Assembly: GCA_003151235.1 (NCBI GenBank)
Contig: PLWZ01000027.1
Location: 39,257-63,256, forward strand
DNA: 24,000 nucleotides
Direction: 5' to 3'
Origin: Acidimicrobiaceae bacterium
GTDB taxonomy: Bacteria; Actinomycetota; Acidimicrobiia; Acidimicrobiales; RAAP-2
Shown here piece after piece: positions 8,307 to 15,218 of the stretch. The position numbers and the translations under genes were made by a program. The notes under the pieces were generated by a model, which searched no databases, had not been told where the DNA came from, and was given only the letters and a program-made list of their open reading frames with translations. Numbering within the stretch: position 1 is the first letter of the stretch; the number at the start of each line of letters is the position of its first letter.

Positions 8307-8648
8307 TCAGCTGTCGGTCGGTGGCTGCCAACCACCGGTCGACCGGTGCCAACCGGATCCGGACTTGGCCCGATGCTGCAAAGCGACGGCGCCAATGACT
8401 CCGAAGGCAATCAGCACGCCACCGACCACAATCAACCAGTCGCTGATGTCCAGCCAGGCGTTGTACAGGCCGCAATGCGCTAGCCCACTTGGCACAACGT
8501 ATTGGCCGACCTGACCGACCGGCGAGATACAAGCGGCATGCAAAGGGTCATAGTGGGCATGCACGGCTATGCCGACGACCAGGAGGACAAACCCTCCCAC
8601 CACGCTCAGGATCAGCCGGCCGCCTGAGCTCTTTCCCGTTGTGGCCAT
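8307..8648 (-). CDS. Hypothetical small membrane protein (2 TM)
   Basis: 113-aa ORF. A strong SD (GGGAGGAGAA) sits immediately upstream of ATG 8648. The TM segments are LILSVVGGFVLLVVGIAV and WLIVVGGVLIAFGVIGAVAL. Confidence 0.6.
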   Translation of the reverse strand: MATTGKSSGGRLILSVVGGFVLLVVGIAVHAHYDPLHAACISPVGQVGQYVVPSGLAHCGLYNAWLDISDWLIVVGGVLIAFGVIGAVALQHRAKSGSGWHRSTGGWQPPTDS

Positions 8649-8799
8649 TTCTCCTCCCCTGCCCCAAAACAGGCGGCCGAAATCGAGGGCGTTCCTCCCA
8701 GCCCGGCCTAGCCGTGGGCGGTCACTGTACCAGGACGTACAGACATGGGATGTTTAGTCTCTGGATGTAGTCAGTTGGGGCGGCTGGGGTTGTTCCGAC

Positions 8800-9039
8800 A
8801 TGCCAGAACCCCTCTCAGTGGCCACCAAAGAATTCGGAGCTCGAGTGCGAGCCCGGCGCAAGGAACTCGGCAAGAGCCAAGAACGGCTGGCCGACGATTC
8901 CGGCTTGCATTGGACCTTCGTTGGCCAGGTCGAACGTGGCAGGCGGAACCTGACGCTGCACAACATTCTCAAACTGGCGGTGGGGCTCGAGATCGATGCC
9001 GGCGAACTTTTGCGAGATCTCACTGTCCCGAAACGCTGA
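8800..9039 (+). CDS. XRE-family helix-turn-helix transcriptional regulator
   Basis: 79 aa. FGARVRARRKELGKSQERLADDSGLHWTFVGQVERGRRNLTLHNILKLAVGLEIDAGELL is a classic Cro/C1-type HTH pattern. Confidence 0.85.
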   Translation: MPEPLSVATKEFGARVRARRKELGKSQERLADDSGLHWTFVGQVERGRRNLTLHNILKLAVGLEIDAGELLRDLTVPKR

Positions 9040-9155
9040 AGCAGGGCCTCAAGTGCGGGCAGGAGGCTTGCCCGGGCCGTGCCATTGCCGAAGCGGCGGT
9101 TTGAGTGTGTTCGAAGCCAGGGCCATCCACCAAGCTGGGCCAGATCATTGGAATC

Positions 9156-10259
9156 ATGGTTGTTCAAATGTCTCTTCAAGCCCGACTTCGCTCAGTCGAG
9201 ACCCAAGTTCTCGCCGAAAAGTTCCTGGTCTATGCCAGCAGCAATTGCACCGCTGTTGAGTGCCGAGCGCTCGCAGGTCGAGCCGATGGACTGGTCGTAA
9301 AGCAGGCGAACCGGACTGTCCTAAATGCTGCGAAATCGTCGGGATTTAGCGGACTCGTCCTCCTCGATCCCGCTGAATATGAACGACGGACAGGTCCGTC
9401 AGAGACAATCGTGCAAAGCCTTCTGGGCCAAAGAGACGCAATTTCCATTCAGCAGGAAGAAGAGGTCGACGCTTATCTCTCCCCGTCGGGCTACATCCCT
9501 GATGGAGATGTTGGTCTCCTCATGCGAGTGATCGAGGACGGTGCCGCTTTCTGTGCCGAGACAACCTCGGCATCTCACGTGGCACCAGCGTTCATCGTGC
9601 TTCCTGTGGGGAGCGCGTGGCTGGCACGAGACTCAGACCGTCGCGTTCTGATTGCAACTGCTCAAGCTTGTGGTTACCCCATCGCTATCGTCCTGGGTTC
9701 GGATTTCGACCCACTGAGCTCTCGAACCGCCGTTATCGGCTTGATTGACTTCGTGAGCGCTGTGAACAATGTCCTACTCCTTCGTGCTGACCTCAATTCC
9801 ATCGGTGGCGTCGCTTTAGGAGCCCTTTGCGCCGCGATCGGTGTCGGCACCGCCGGCCGCCACTTTCGCCCGCCGGGCGCACGGCCGAAACGGCGCGGGG
9901 CAACGACCGACAAATCGCCGTCCACACTTTGGATCCCGGGCGGCTCGTTCCATCGCGGATCGCTTTTCGAACACTCTTACGATGATCAGGGATTGCTCAA
10001 TTGTGCGTGCGCTGTCTGTGACGGACGCCACTTGCGACGGTTCGGAGACCCTGCCTCCCGTCCGGAGTCACGACTTCACAGTGTTGCCGGCTGGTACCAA
10101 ATTGCCCAGAATCTGATCGCTCATGATCCCGAAGACCGGCCCAAGGCTTGGCAAGCCCGATGTGAAATGGCGGTCGATGCCACGAAAGAACTGCGTCGCC
10201 GGACCCAGGTTGATTATCGGTCCCCGACGGCACAGATTTGGAAGAGCGTCCTGGGCTAG
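9156..10259 (+). CDS. TGT (tRNA-guanine transglycosylase)/DpdA-like protein; functional call is tentative
   Basis: The ORF is open from GTG 9105, with the first ATGs at 9156 and 9168. It carries a CxCxxC motif (NCACAVC, nt 10002-10019) and a His 20 residues later inside ...SRLHSVAGWYQIAQNLI... (His codon 10077-10079). Upstream lie SIGGVALGA and IGVGTAG, which recall the TGT GGLAVGE and MGVGTP motifs. The order and the GVG-to-CxC spacing resemble TGT; the GG-to-GVG spacing is shorter. Confidence 0.4.
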   Translation: MVVQMSLQARLRSVETQVLAEKFLVYASSNCTAVECRALAGRADGLVVKQANRTVLNAAKSSGFSGLVLLDPAEYERRTGPSETIVQSLLGQRDAISIQQEEEVDAYLSPSGYIPDGDVGLLMRVIEDGAAFCAETTSASHVAPAFIVLPVGSAWLARDSDRRVLIATAQACGYPIAIVLGSDFDPLSSRTAVIGLIDFVSAVNNVLLLRADLNSIGGVALGALCAAIGVGTAGRHFRPPGARPKRRGATTDKSPSTLWIPGGSFHRGSLFEHSYDDQGLLNCACAVCDGRHLRRFGDPASRPESRLHSVAGWYQIAQNLIAHDPEDRPKAWQARCEMAVDATKELRRRTQVDYRSPTAQIWKSVLG

Positions 10260-10864
10260 CCCGCAACCTCCGACACCGGGACGATGACGCCGGCTCTCAG
10301 CGCTTCGTCGAAGACTGTTTCGAGCAGGCGCCAATGTACGGGTCCGAGACGAACCGCCTTGGGTCGTGGTGGAAGCAGTTCGCTTGCAGGTCCCGTGAGG
10401 GGACGGTGCGCAACCCCAATACCGAGTTCGGCGGCCCAGTCCATGCTTGACCGCTGCGGTTTGCGAGCTGAGCAGACCACTACACCTCGCGGCGCCTGAG
10501 AAGCCAGGATCGCGACGTGGCGAACCCCCTCAACCAGAGATCGGACCTCGGAGACCACCCCTGTCAACTTGAGCGCCGGTCGCCAACGCCGACGAACCCT
10601 ATTGCCATGATGCTCGACTGCTCCACGAGGTGCGGCGTCCAACATCACTAAGACGATCGGATCAATCCGGGCACGCGGAATGGACACGCCAAGCGGCAGG
10701 GAAGCTAGGGCTTCCAGAGAACGGCGATCGGTAATCGAGTCGAGACCATGCTCGGCCCGCCTTTGAACCTCATCTAGGTCGAACTCGACCCAAGCGTCAA
10801 ACCGCCTGTCAAGGTAACGGACGTCCCCCACAAGGTGACTTGTAAACCCAAACGGCCCTCTCAC
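10256..10864 (-). CDS. Hypothetical protein, translationally coupled to the upstream XRE regulator
   Basis: 202-aa ORF. Its GTG start overlaps the TGA of the HTH gene (GTGA at 10861-10864). No recognisable motif. Its stop shares the tetranucleotide CTAG (10256-10259) with the stop of the convergent TGT-like gene. Confidence 0.55.
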   Translation of the reverse strand: MRGPFGFTSHLVGDVRYLDRRFDAWVEFDLDEVQRRAEHGLDSITDRRSLEALASLPLGVSIPRARIDPIVLVMLDAAPRGAVEHHGNRVRRRWRPALKLTGVVSEVRSLVEGVRHVAILASQAPRGVVVCSARKPQRSSMDWAAELGIGVAHRPLTGPASELLPPRPKAVRLGPVHWRLLETVFDEALRAGVIVPVSEVAG

Positions 10865-11130
10865 TGGGACAAGACCTCGTCAGCAAGGTCGTCAAGGCTC
10901 TTCCCAAGTCCGCGTACAACGATCTGCGCCACGATGCAGAACCCCGGGTCCGTAACTTTGCTGGCCTCGATGCTCCTGATGGTGTCGACCTGAACGCCGG
11001 ACTTGGCCGCTAAGGCATCTTGGGTGACTGCCTCGCCACTTCCCCCACCGGCGACCCGCCACTCGCGCACCCGAACCGCCAAGACCCGGCCTCGCTCTCG
11101 TTCATCGGCGGTACGCTGACGTCGACTCAT
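10861..11130 (-). CDS. XRE-family helix-turn-helix transcriptional regulator
   Basis: From ATG 11130 the 89-aa product is MSRRQRTADERERGRVLAVRVREWRVAGGGSGEAVTQDALAAKSGVQVDTIRSIEASKVTDPGFCIVAQIVVRGLGKSLDDL..., a Cro/C1-type HTH layout. There is no SD. A TAATAT/TATAAT -10-like box lies 4-7 nt upstream of the ATG. Confidence 0.75.
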   Translation of the reverse strand: MSRRQRTADERERGRVLAVRVREWRVAGGGSGEAVTQDALAAKSGVQVDTIRSIEASKVTDPGFCIVAQIVVRGLGKSLDDLADEVLSQ

Positions 11131-11134
11131 GAGG

Positions 11135-11143
11135 ATTATATTA
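11135..11143 (-). promoter_or_regulatory. Candidate -10 element for a leaderless XRE transcript
   Basis: The minus strand reads gTAATATAATcctcATG. The overlapping TAATAT and TATAAT hexamers end 7 and 4 nt before the A of the ATG, and no SD is present. Confidence 0.3.
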
Positions 11144-11419
11144 CTAGGTTTATTGTTCTCTGCCTGACAATAGATGCTTCTCGTACGAACACGAAGCCGA
11201 CGGTTTGCACCGGGTGGGTGCTCCAGCGTCGGGTTGATCTTCCGCACCTCACGCCCGAGCGGGTTTGGACCAGCCGGGCGGCGAAGAAGGGCCGCCGTGT
11301 TCGCCAGTCCGGAACTCGGGCCCGAAAAGGCTGGCGGTGACTAGCCGTCGCTCTGTCTGACCGTGTATCGTGGGCGAAGGTGAACTCGGGCTTCGAGTTC
11401 CAAACCGCAGAGGCAGTCC

Positions 11420-12829
11420 GTGCGGATTTTGTCGTCGGTCATACCGACCGCTGAACAGTTACCAATCCTCAACGACAGCCGACCGGGCTTTCGCGTCATT
11501 CGTGGCGCTGCCGGGAGCGGTAAGACCACAACCGCTCTCTTGCGCCTCAAGCAGTTGTGCGCGACCCGGCTCACGCGACGAAATCGCCTCGGTGAGACCG
11601 AGCCTGTTCGAGTGTTGGTTCTCACGTACAACACAACGCTTCAGGGCTATATCGCTGAGCTCGCTCGGTCCCAAGTGGCCGGAGATGCCGGCCTCATCCT
11701 CAACGTGAGTACCTTTTCAAAATGGGCCAAGGATCTCATCGAGAACCTCGCCATCCTCGATCACGGCCAGATCGAAGGGATCCTCCGCCCGTTGCTCCGT
11801 CCCGTCATTCCTGGCTCCGCGGCGATCGAATATTTTTTGCAGGAAGTTGAGTACGTCTTGTCGATGTTTCTTCCGGAGGACCTGCCTAACTACCTGGGGA
11901 TGCGAAGAGAGGGCAGAGGAGGTTCTCCTCGCATCGATCGATCGCTCCGAGAACGCCTTCTAAATGAGGTCATCTACCCGTACGAGGACGTCAAGCTGGC
12001 CCGAGGAAAAATGGACTGGAATGATCTCGCGCTTGAGGCCATCGGCGCTCCTGGCCCGGCTTACGACATCGTGATCATCGATGAAGCCCAAGACTTTTCG
12101 GCCAATCAAGTGCGGGCTGTTATCTCACACCTGGCCGATGATGCTTCTGTCACCTTCGTGATCGACGCCGTGCAGCGGATCTATCCGCGGTTCTTTAGAT
12201 GGAACGAAGTGGGCGTCACGATTCGGCCAGAGCAGAGCTACAGGCTCACCTGCAACCACCGCAACACACGCCAGATTGCTGCGTTCGCATTGCCGCTCGT
12301 CGAGAATCTTCCACTCGAGGACGACGGCTCACTCCCCGACTTCACTACCTGCGAGGAGGAAGGCCCGCTGCCCGAGGTCGTCTCCGGGACCTATAGCCAG
12401 CAACTCGATTACATGCTGGATCGTCTGATCGATCGAGTCGACCTGAATAGCGAGTCGGTGGCGATTCTCCAGCCAAAAGGTGGTGGATGGTTTGCTTTCG
12501 CGCGAAAAGCTCTGCAACTTAGGGGAATCCCATACTGCGAGCTAACGCGGCAGAGCGACTGGCCGGCCGGTCCGGCCAACGTAGGAATCTCTACGATCCA
12601 TTCGGCCAAGGGCTTGGAGTTCGACCACGTCCTCTTGCCGGGAATGAATCGTGAGGTGACCCCCCATGGTCTCGAAGAAGGCGACGGTTCGCTGGAGGGT
12701 CTTCAGCGCCTGTTTGCCATGGGAGTCGGAAGGGCTCGGCGGTCCGTGATCGTCGGGTGCAAGCCGGGTGAAGAATCCACGCTCATCAGCCTTCTCGACC
12801 CAGCGACTTACACGATGGTCAAACTATGA
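11420..12829 (+). CDS. UvrD/Rep-like SF1 helicase-family ATPase (compact, 469 aa)
   Basis: Walker A IRGAAGSGKTTTAL (nt ~11500-11535), Walker B/motif II IVIIDEAQDF (~12067-12096), YRLTCNHRNTRQI (motif IV-like), TIHSAKGLEFDHVLL (motif V) and GVGRARRS (motif VI). GTG start at 11420. Confidence 0.85.
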   Translation: MRILSSVIPTAEQLPILNDSRPGFRVIRGAAGSGKTTTALLRLKQLCATRLTRRNRLGETEPVRVLVLTYNTTLQGYIAELARSQVAGDAGLILNVSTFSKWAKDLIENLAILDHGQIEGILRPLLRPVIPGSAAIEYFLQEVEYVLSMFLPEDLPNYLGMRREGRGGSPRIDRSLRERLLNEVIYPYEDVKLARGKMDWNDLALEAIGAPGPAYDIVIIDEAQDFSANQVRAVISHLADDASVTFVIDAVQRIYPRFFRWNEVGVTIRPEQSYRLTCNHRNTRQIAAFALPLVENLPLEDDGSLPDFTTCEEEGPLPEVVSGTYSQQLDYMLDRLIDRVDLNSESVAILQPKGGGWFAFARKALQLRGIPYCELTRQSDWPAGPANVGISTIHSAKGLEFDHVLLPGMNREVTPHGLEEGDGSLEGLQRLFAMGVGRARRSVIVGCKPGEESTLISLLDPATYTMVKL

Positions 12830-13515
12830 GCGACACGATCGTAGAGGCGGTGCCCCGCGCTCTAAGGGACATCGCCCGGTTGCCGCAGCAGGACGAGGTG
12901 GTCGTCGCTGCCCGACAGCGCGGCATAACTGAGGTACTCCACTTCACAACCACGAAGAACCTCGTTGGGATCATTGCTTCGGGCTACCTCAAATGCCGCA
13001 ACCTCGTGTCTGAGGATCACTACGTCGAGAACGTTTACGACCCGAACTGCGGCGATCGCTCTCGAGACGCCATTTGGACTGGTTACGTCAATATGTCGAT
13101 CAGTCGAATAAATGCCTGGATGTTCCAGTCATCAACGCGATGGCATCTTTCTGACGGTAATAGCTGGGTGGTGCTGGCATTCGACCCGGTAGTCCTGGGA
13201 CACCCAGGCGTTATCTTCGCCACTACGAACAATGCGTACCGAGGCATATGTCTTCGGGCAGAGGGGAAGGCAGGCTTCGATCGAATGTTCGGGGACAGAG
13301 TGCGGGGCTACAACCGTGAGCTTTCTCGGGGGTCGCTAGATCCGAAGTATCCCACAGATAGGTGCGCCGAGGTTCTCTACCCAGAGCAACTCAGCATCGA
13401 ATATCTTACGAAACTTTACGTTCAGATCGAGACCGACCAGGATCACATTCCGGGGATCCTCACCAGTCTCGACTGCCGAATACCCCTTGAGTATGTCCCG
13501 GAGGTTTTCGCGTGA
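12826..13515 (+). CDS. DarT-like (DUF4433-type) ADP-ribosyltransferase
   Basis: 229 aa. VLHFTTTKNLVGIIASGYLK (nt ~12934-12993) parallels the Thermus DarT N-terminus IYHITHIDNLKGILRMGKLL. GYVNMSIS parallels DYVPFYF. RCAEVLYPEQLSIEYLTKLYV (nt ~13360-13422) parallels the catalytic-Glu segment KQAEFLVYKAFPWALIEEIAV. Its ATG overlaps the helicase stop (ATGA, 12826-12829). The comparison is from my memory of the DarT sequence, not from a search. Confidence 0.65.
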   Translation: MSDTIVEAVPRALRDIARLPQQDEVVVAARQRGITEVLHFTTTKNLVGIIASGYLKCRNLVSEDHYVENVYDPNCGDRSRDAIWTGYVNMSISRINAWMFQSSTRWHLSDGNSWVVLAFDPVVLGHPGVIFATTNNAYRGICLRAEGKAGFDRMFGDRVRGYNRELSRGSLDPKYPTDRCAEVLYPEQLSIEYLTKLYVQIETDQDHIPGILTSLDCRIPLEYVPEVFA

Positions 13516-15203
13516 CGGAGGAGCAACCGCGATCGGGTGTGACGCCGCCAATGTTTTCGATGTCCAGAGGCAACGGAGATCGACTCACGCGCACCGTACG
13601 TTCGGCCCTTTGGGCGGCGTATGGAGACGCGCTTGGGTTCATCAGTGAGCTAACTGACAACGAGGGTCTATCCCGCCGGACCAAGGGTCAACCGCTAGTA
13701 AGGCCGATGGCGTGGACTCGGTACGTCGGCGGACGCCAGGGTGTCAAGGTACTTCTGCCATCAGGCTGCTATTCGGACGACACCCAACTCCGACTCTGCT
13801 GTTCTCGTGCGATCGGACCCAGGGGGTTCGATGTCGAAGCGTTCGCAAAGGTGGAACTGACAGTTTGGCCGTCATATGCACTCGGCGGTGGCATCGGAAC
13901 TAAAGCCGCCGCGGCAAATCTGGTCAAAGATCAAGTTGCGTGGTATTGCAATACGTTCAAAGGATGGACGGAGGCTGGGGGTAACGGCGCAGCCATGCGC
14001 GTTCAACCGCATGTTTGGGCTGCCGCTGATCTGGAGTCCTTCGCAAGCTTCACTCCAGACGTCCTCAGAGACGCGATTTGCACGCACGGCAGTCCCACCG
14101 GGATCCTCGGAGCCGTCTTACACGCCATGTGTACCGCTCACGCGATCAGCCGAGGGGAACTTCCTCGACCGCCGGATGTTCTGACAATGATTCAAGCCTG
14201 TGAAGACATTCCAGAGATGCTCATGCGAAATGATCATGAGATTGGTGAGATCTGGCTGGGCCTTTGGAATCGGGAGGCTGGCAGACAGTTCGCTGAGGCC
14301 TGGAGTTCGACAGTCAGCACTGCACGAGAGGCGGTCGGACTGGTCGCAAGCGAAGCTAGTAGTGAGGCGACCAGCTACATGCGGGTTTTGGACATGCTCA
14401 AGCTCTTCGATCCGGCCATCCGAGGGAGCGGATTGTTAACTGCAATCGCAGCCATCGCGCTTTTGTGGATCGAGCCCGATCTGGCGAAGGCCTTGCCTGT
14501 CGCTGCCCAAGCACTGGGTTCGGACACTGACACAATTGCGACAATGGCCGGTGCCGTTGGAGGAGCTGTCGCAACTGGCGATCCGGACGGCAGCATCGCT
14601 GACGAGCGCCTAATCCGAGACGAGGCGACGAGACTGTTTAACTTGGCTGAAGGCGCGGAGCGCCCGGGGCACCGGTATCCGGATCTACTTCACTGGGCAC
14701 CTCCGCGCACACAAGCCGACGCATTGGTCGAGGGCCTGTCCGGCCTTGAGGTTGTCGGTCTGGGACCCGTACGCACTGGAAGTGAGCCAATCTTGGATGC
14801 GCACGGGAACTTCATGTGGCAATGGGTAGAACTCGACTTTGGTCAGAACCTGCTTGTTAAGCGGCGCCGAGTTCTGAACCCGGTCGACGGCCAACACCCG
14901 AAGCGCAGCGGTCCTCAGGTAATGAGAGCTACTGGCGCCAACACAAAACACCAGTCGAGATCGCCTAGACGGCCACGCGGCGAGGCAACATCAGCCGACT
15001 CGCAGGAACCATCTTCAAGCCAGGACCCGAAGCCGCTTCCAATCGATCGAGGCGTCGAACTTGAAACAGCTATTGGCTGGCTCGGTGAGAATGAACTGAG
15101 TGACAAGGCTATCGGGTATGCAATCCGACGAGTTGCTCGAGACGGATCTCCTGAACAGCTTCTGATGCTGATCGGCATCCTCCGCGAACGGCTGAGGCAC
15201 TAA
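13512..15203 (+). CDS. ADP-ribosylglycohydrolase (ARH/DraG family) with a ~190-aa C-terminal extension
   Basis: 563 aa. ARH signatures are ALWAAYGDALGF, CYSDDTQL (nt ~13767-13790), GGNGAAMRV (~13978-14004) and GSDTDTIATMAGAVGGA (~14518-14568). GTG 13512 overlaps the DarT-like stop (GTGA) and has GGAGG 7 nt upstream. The C-terminus has a basic, Ser/Pro-rich linker (KHQSRSPRRPRGEATSADSQEPSSSQDPKP) followed by a short helical module. Confidence 0.85.
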   Translation: MTEEQPRSGVTPPMFSMSRGNGDRLTRTVRSALWAAYGDALGFISELTDNEGLSRRTKGQPLVRPMAWTRYVGGRQGVKVLLPSGCYSDDTQLRLCCSRAIGPRGFDVEAFAKVELTVWPSYALGGGIGTKAAAANLVKDQVAWYCNTFKGWTEAGGNGAAMRVQPHVWAAADLESFASFTPDVLRDAICTHGSPTGILGAVLHAMCTAHAISRGELPRPPDVLTMIQACEDIPEMLMRNDHEIGEIWLGLWNREAGRQFAEAWSSTVSTAREAVGLVASEASSEATSYMRVLDMLKLFDPAIRGSGLLTAIAAIALLWIEPDLAKALPVAAQALGSDTDTIATMAGAVGGAVATGDPDGSIADERLIRDEATRLFNLAEGAERPGHRYPDLLHWAPPRTQADALVEGLSGLEVVGLGPVRTGSEPILDAHGNFMWQWVELDFGQNLLVKRRRVLNPVDGQHPKRSGPQVMRATGANTKHQSRSPRRPRGEATSADSQEPSSSQDPKPLPIDRGVELETAIGWLGENELSDKAIGYAIRRVARDGSPEQLLMLIGILRERLRH

Positions 15204-15218
15204 GAGCAAGCCTATCCA

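Noticed and set aside
9056-9076. Hairpin cgggca-ggaggct-tgcccg after the XRE gene as a terminator or attenuator
   Set aside because: It has a 6-bp stem and no T-run, and the downstream gene probably needs read-through or its own promoter. The evidence is insufficient.
11263-11282. GC hairpin ggcggc-gaagaagg-gccgcc as a terminator
   Set aside because: There is no downstream T-tract on either strand, and it lies in a divergent promoter region where no gene ends. It is probably incidental.
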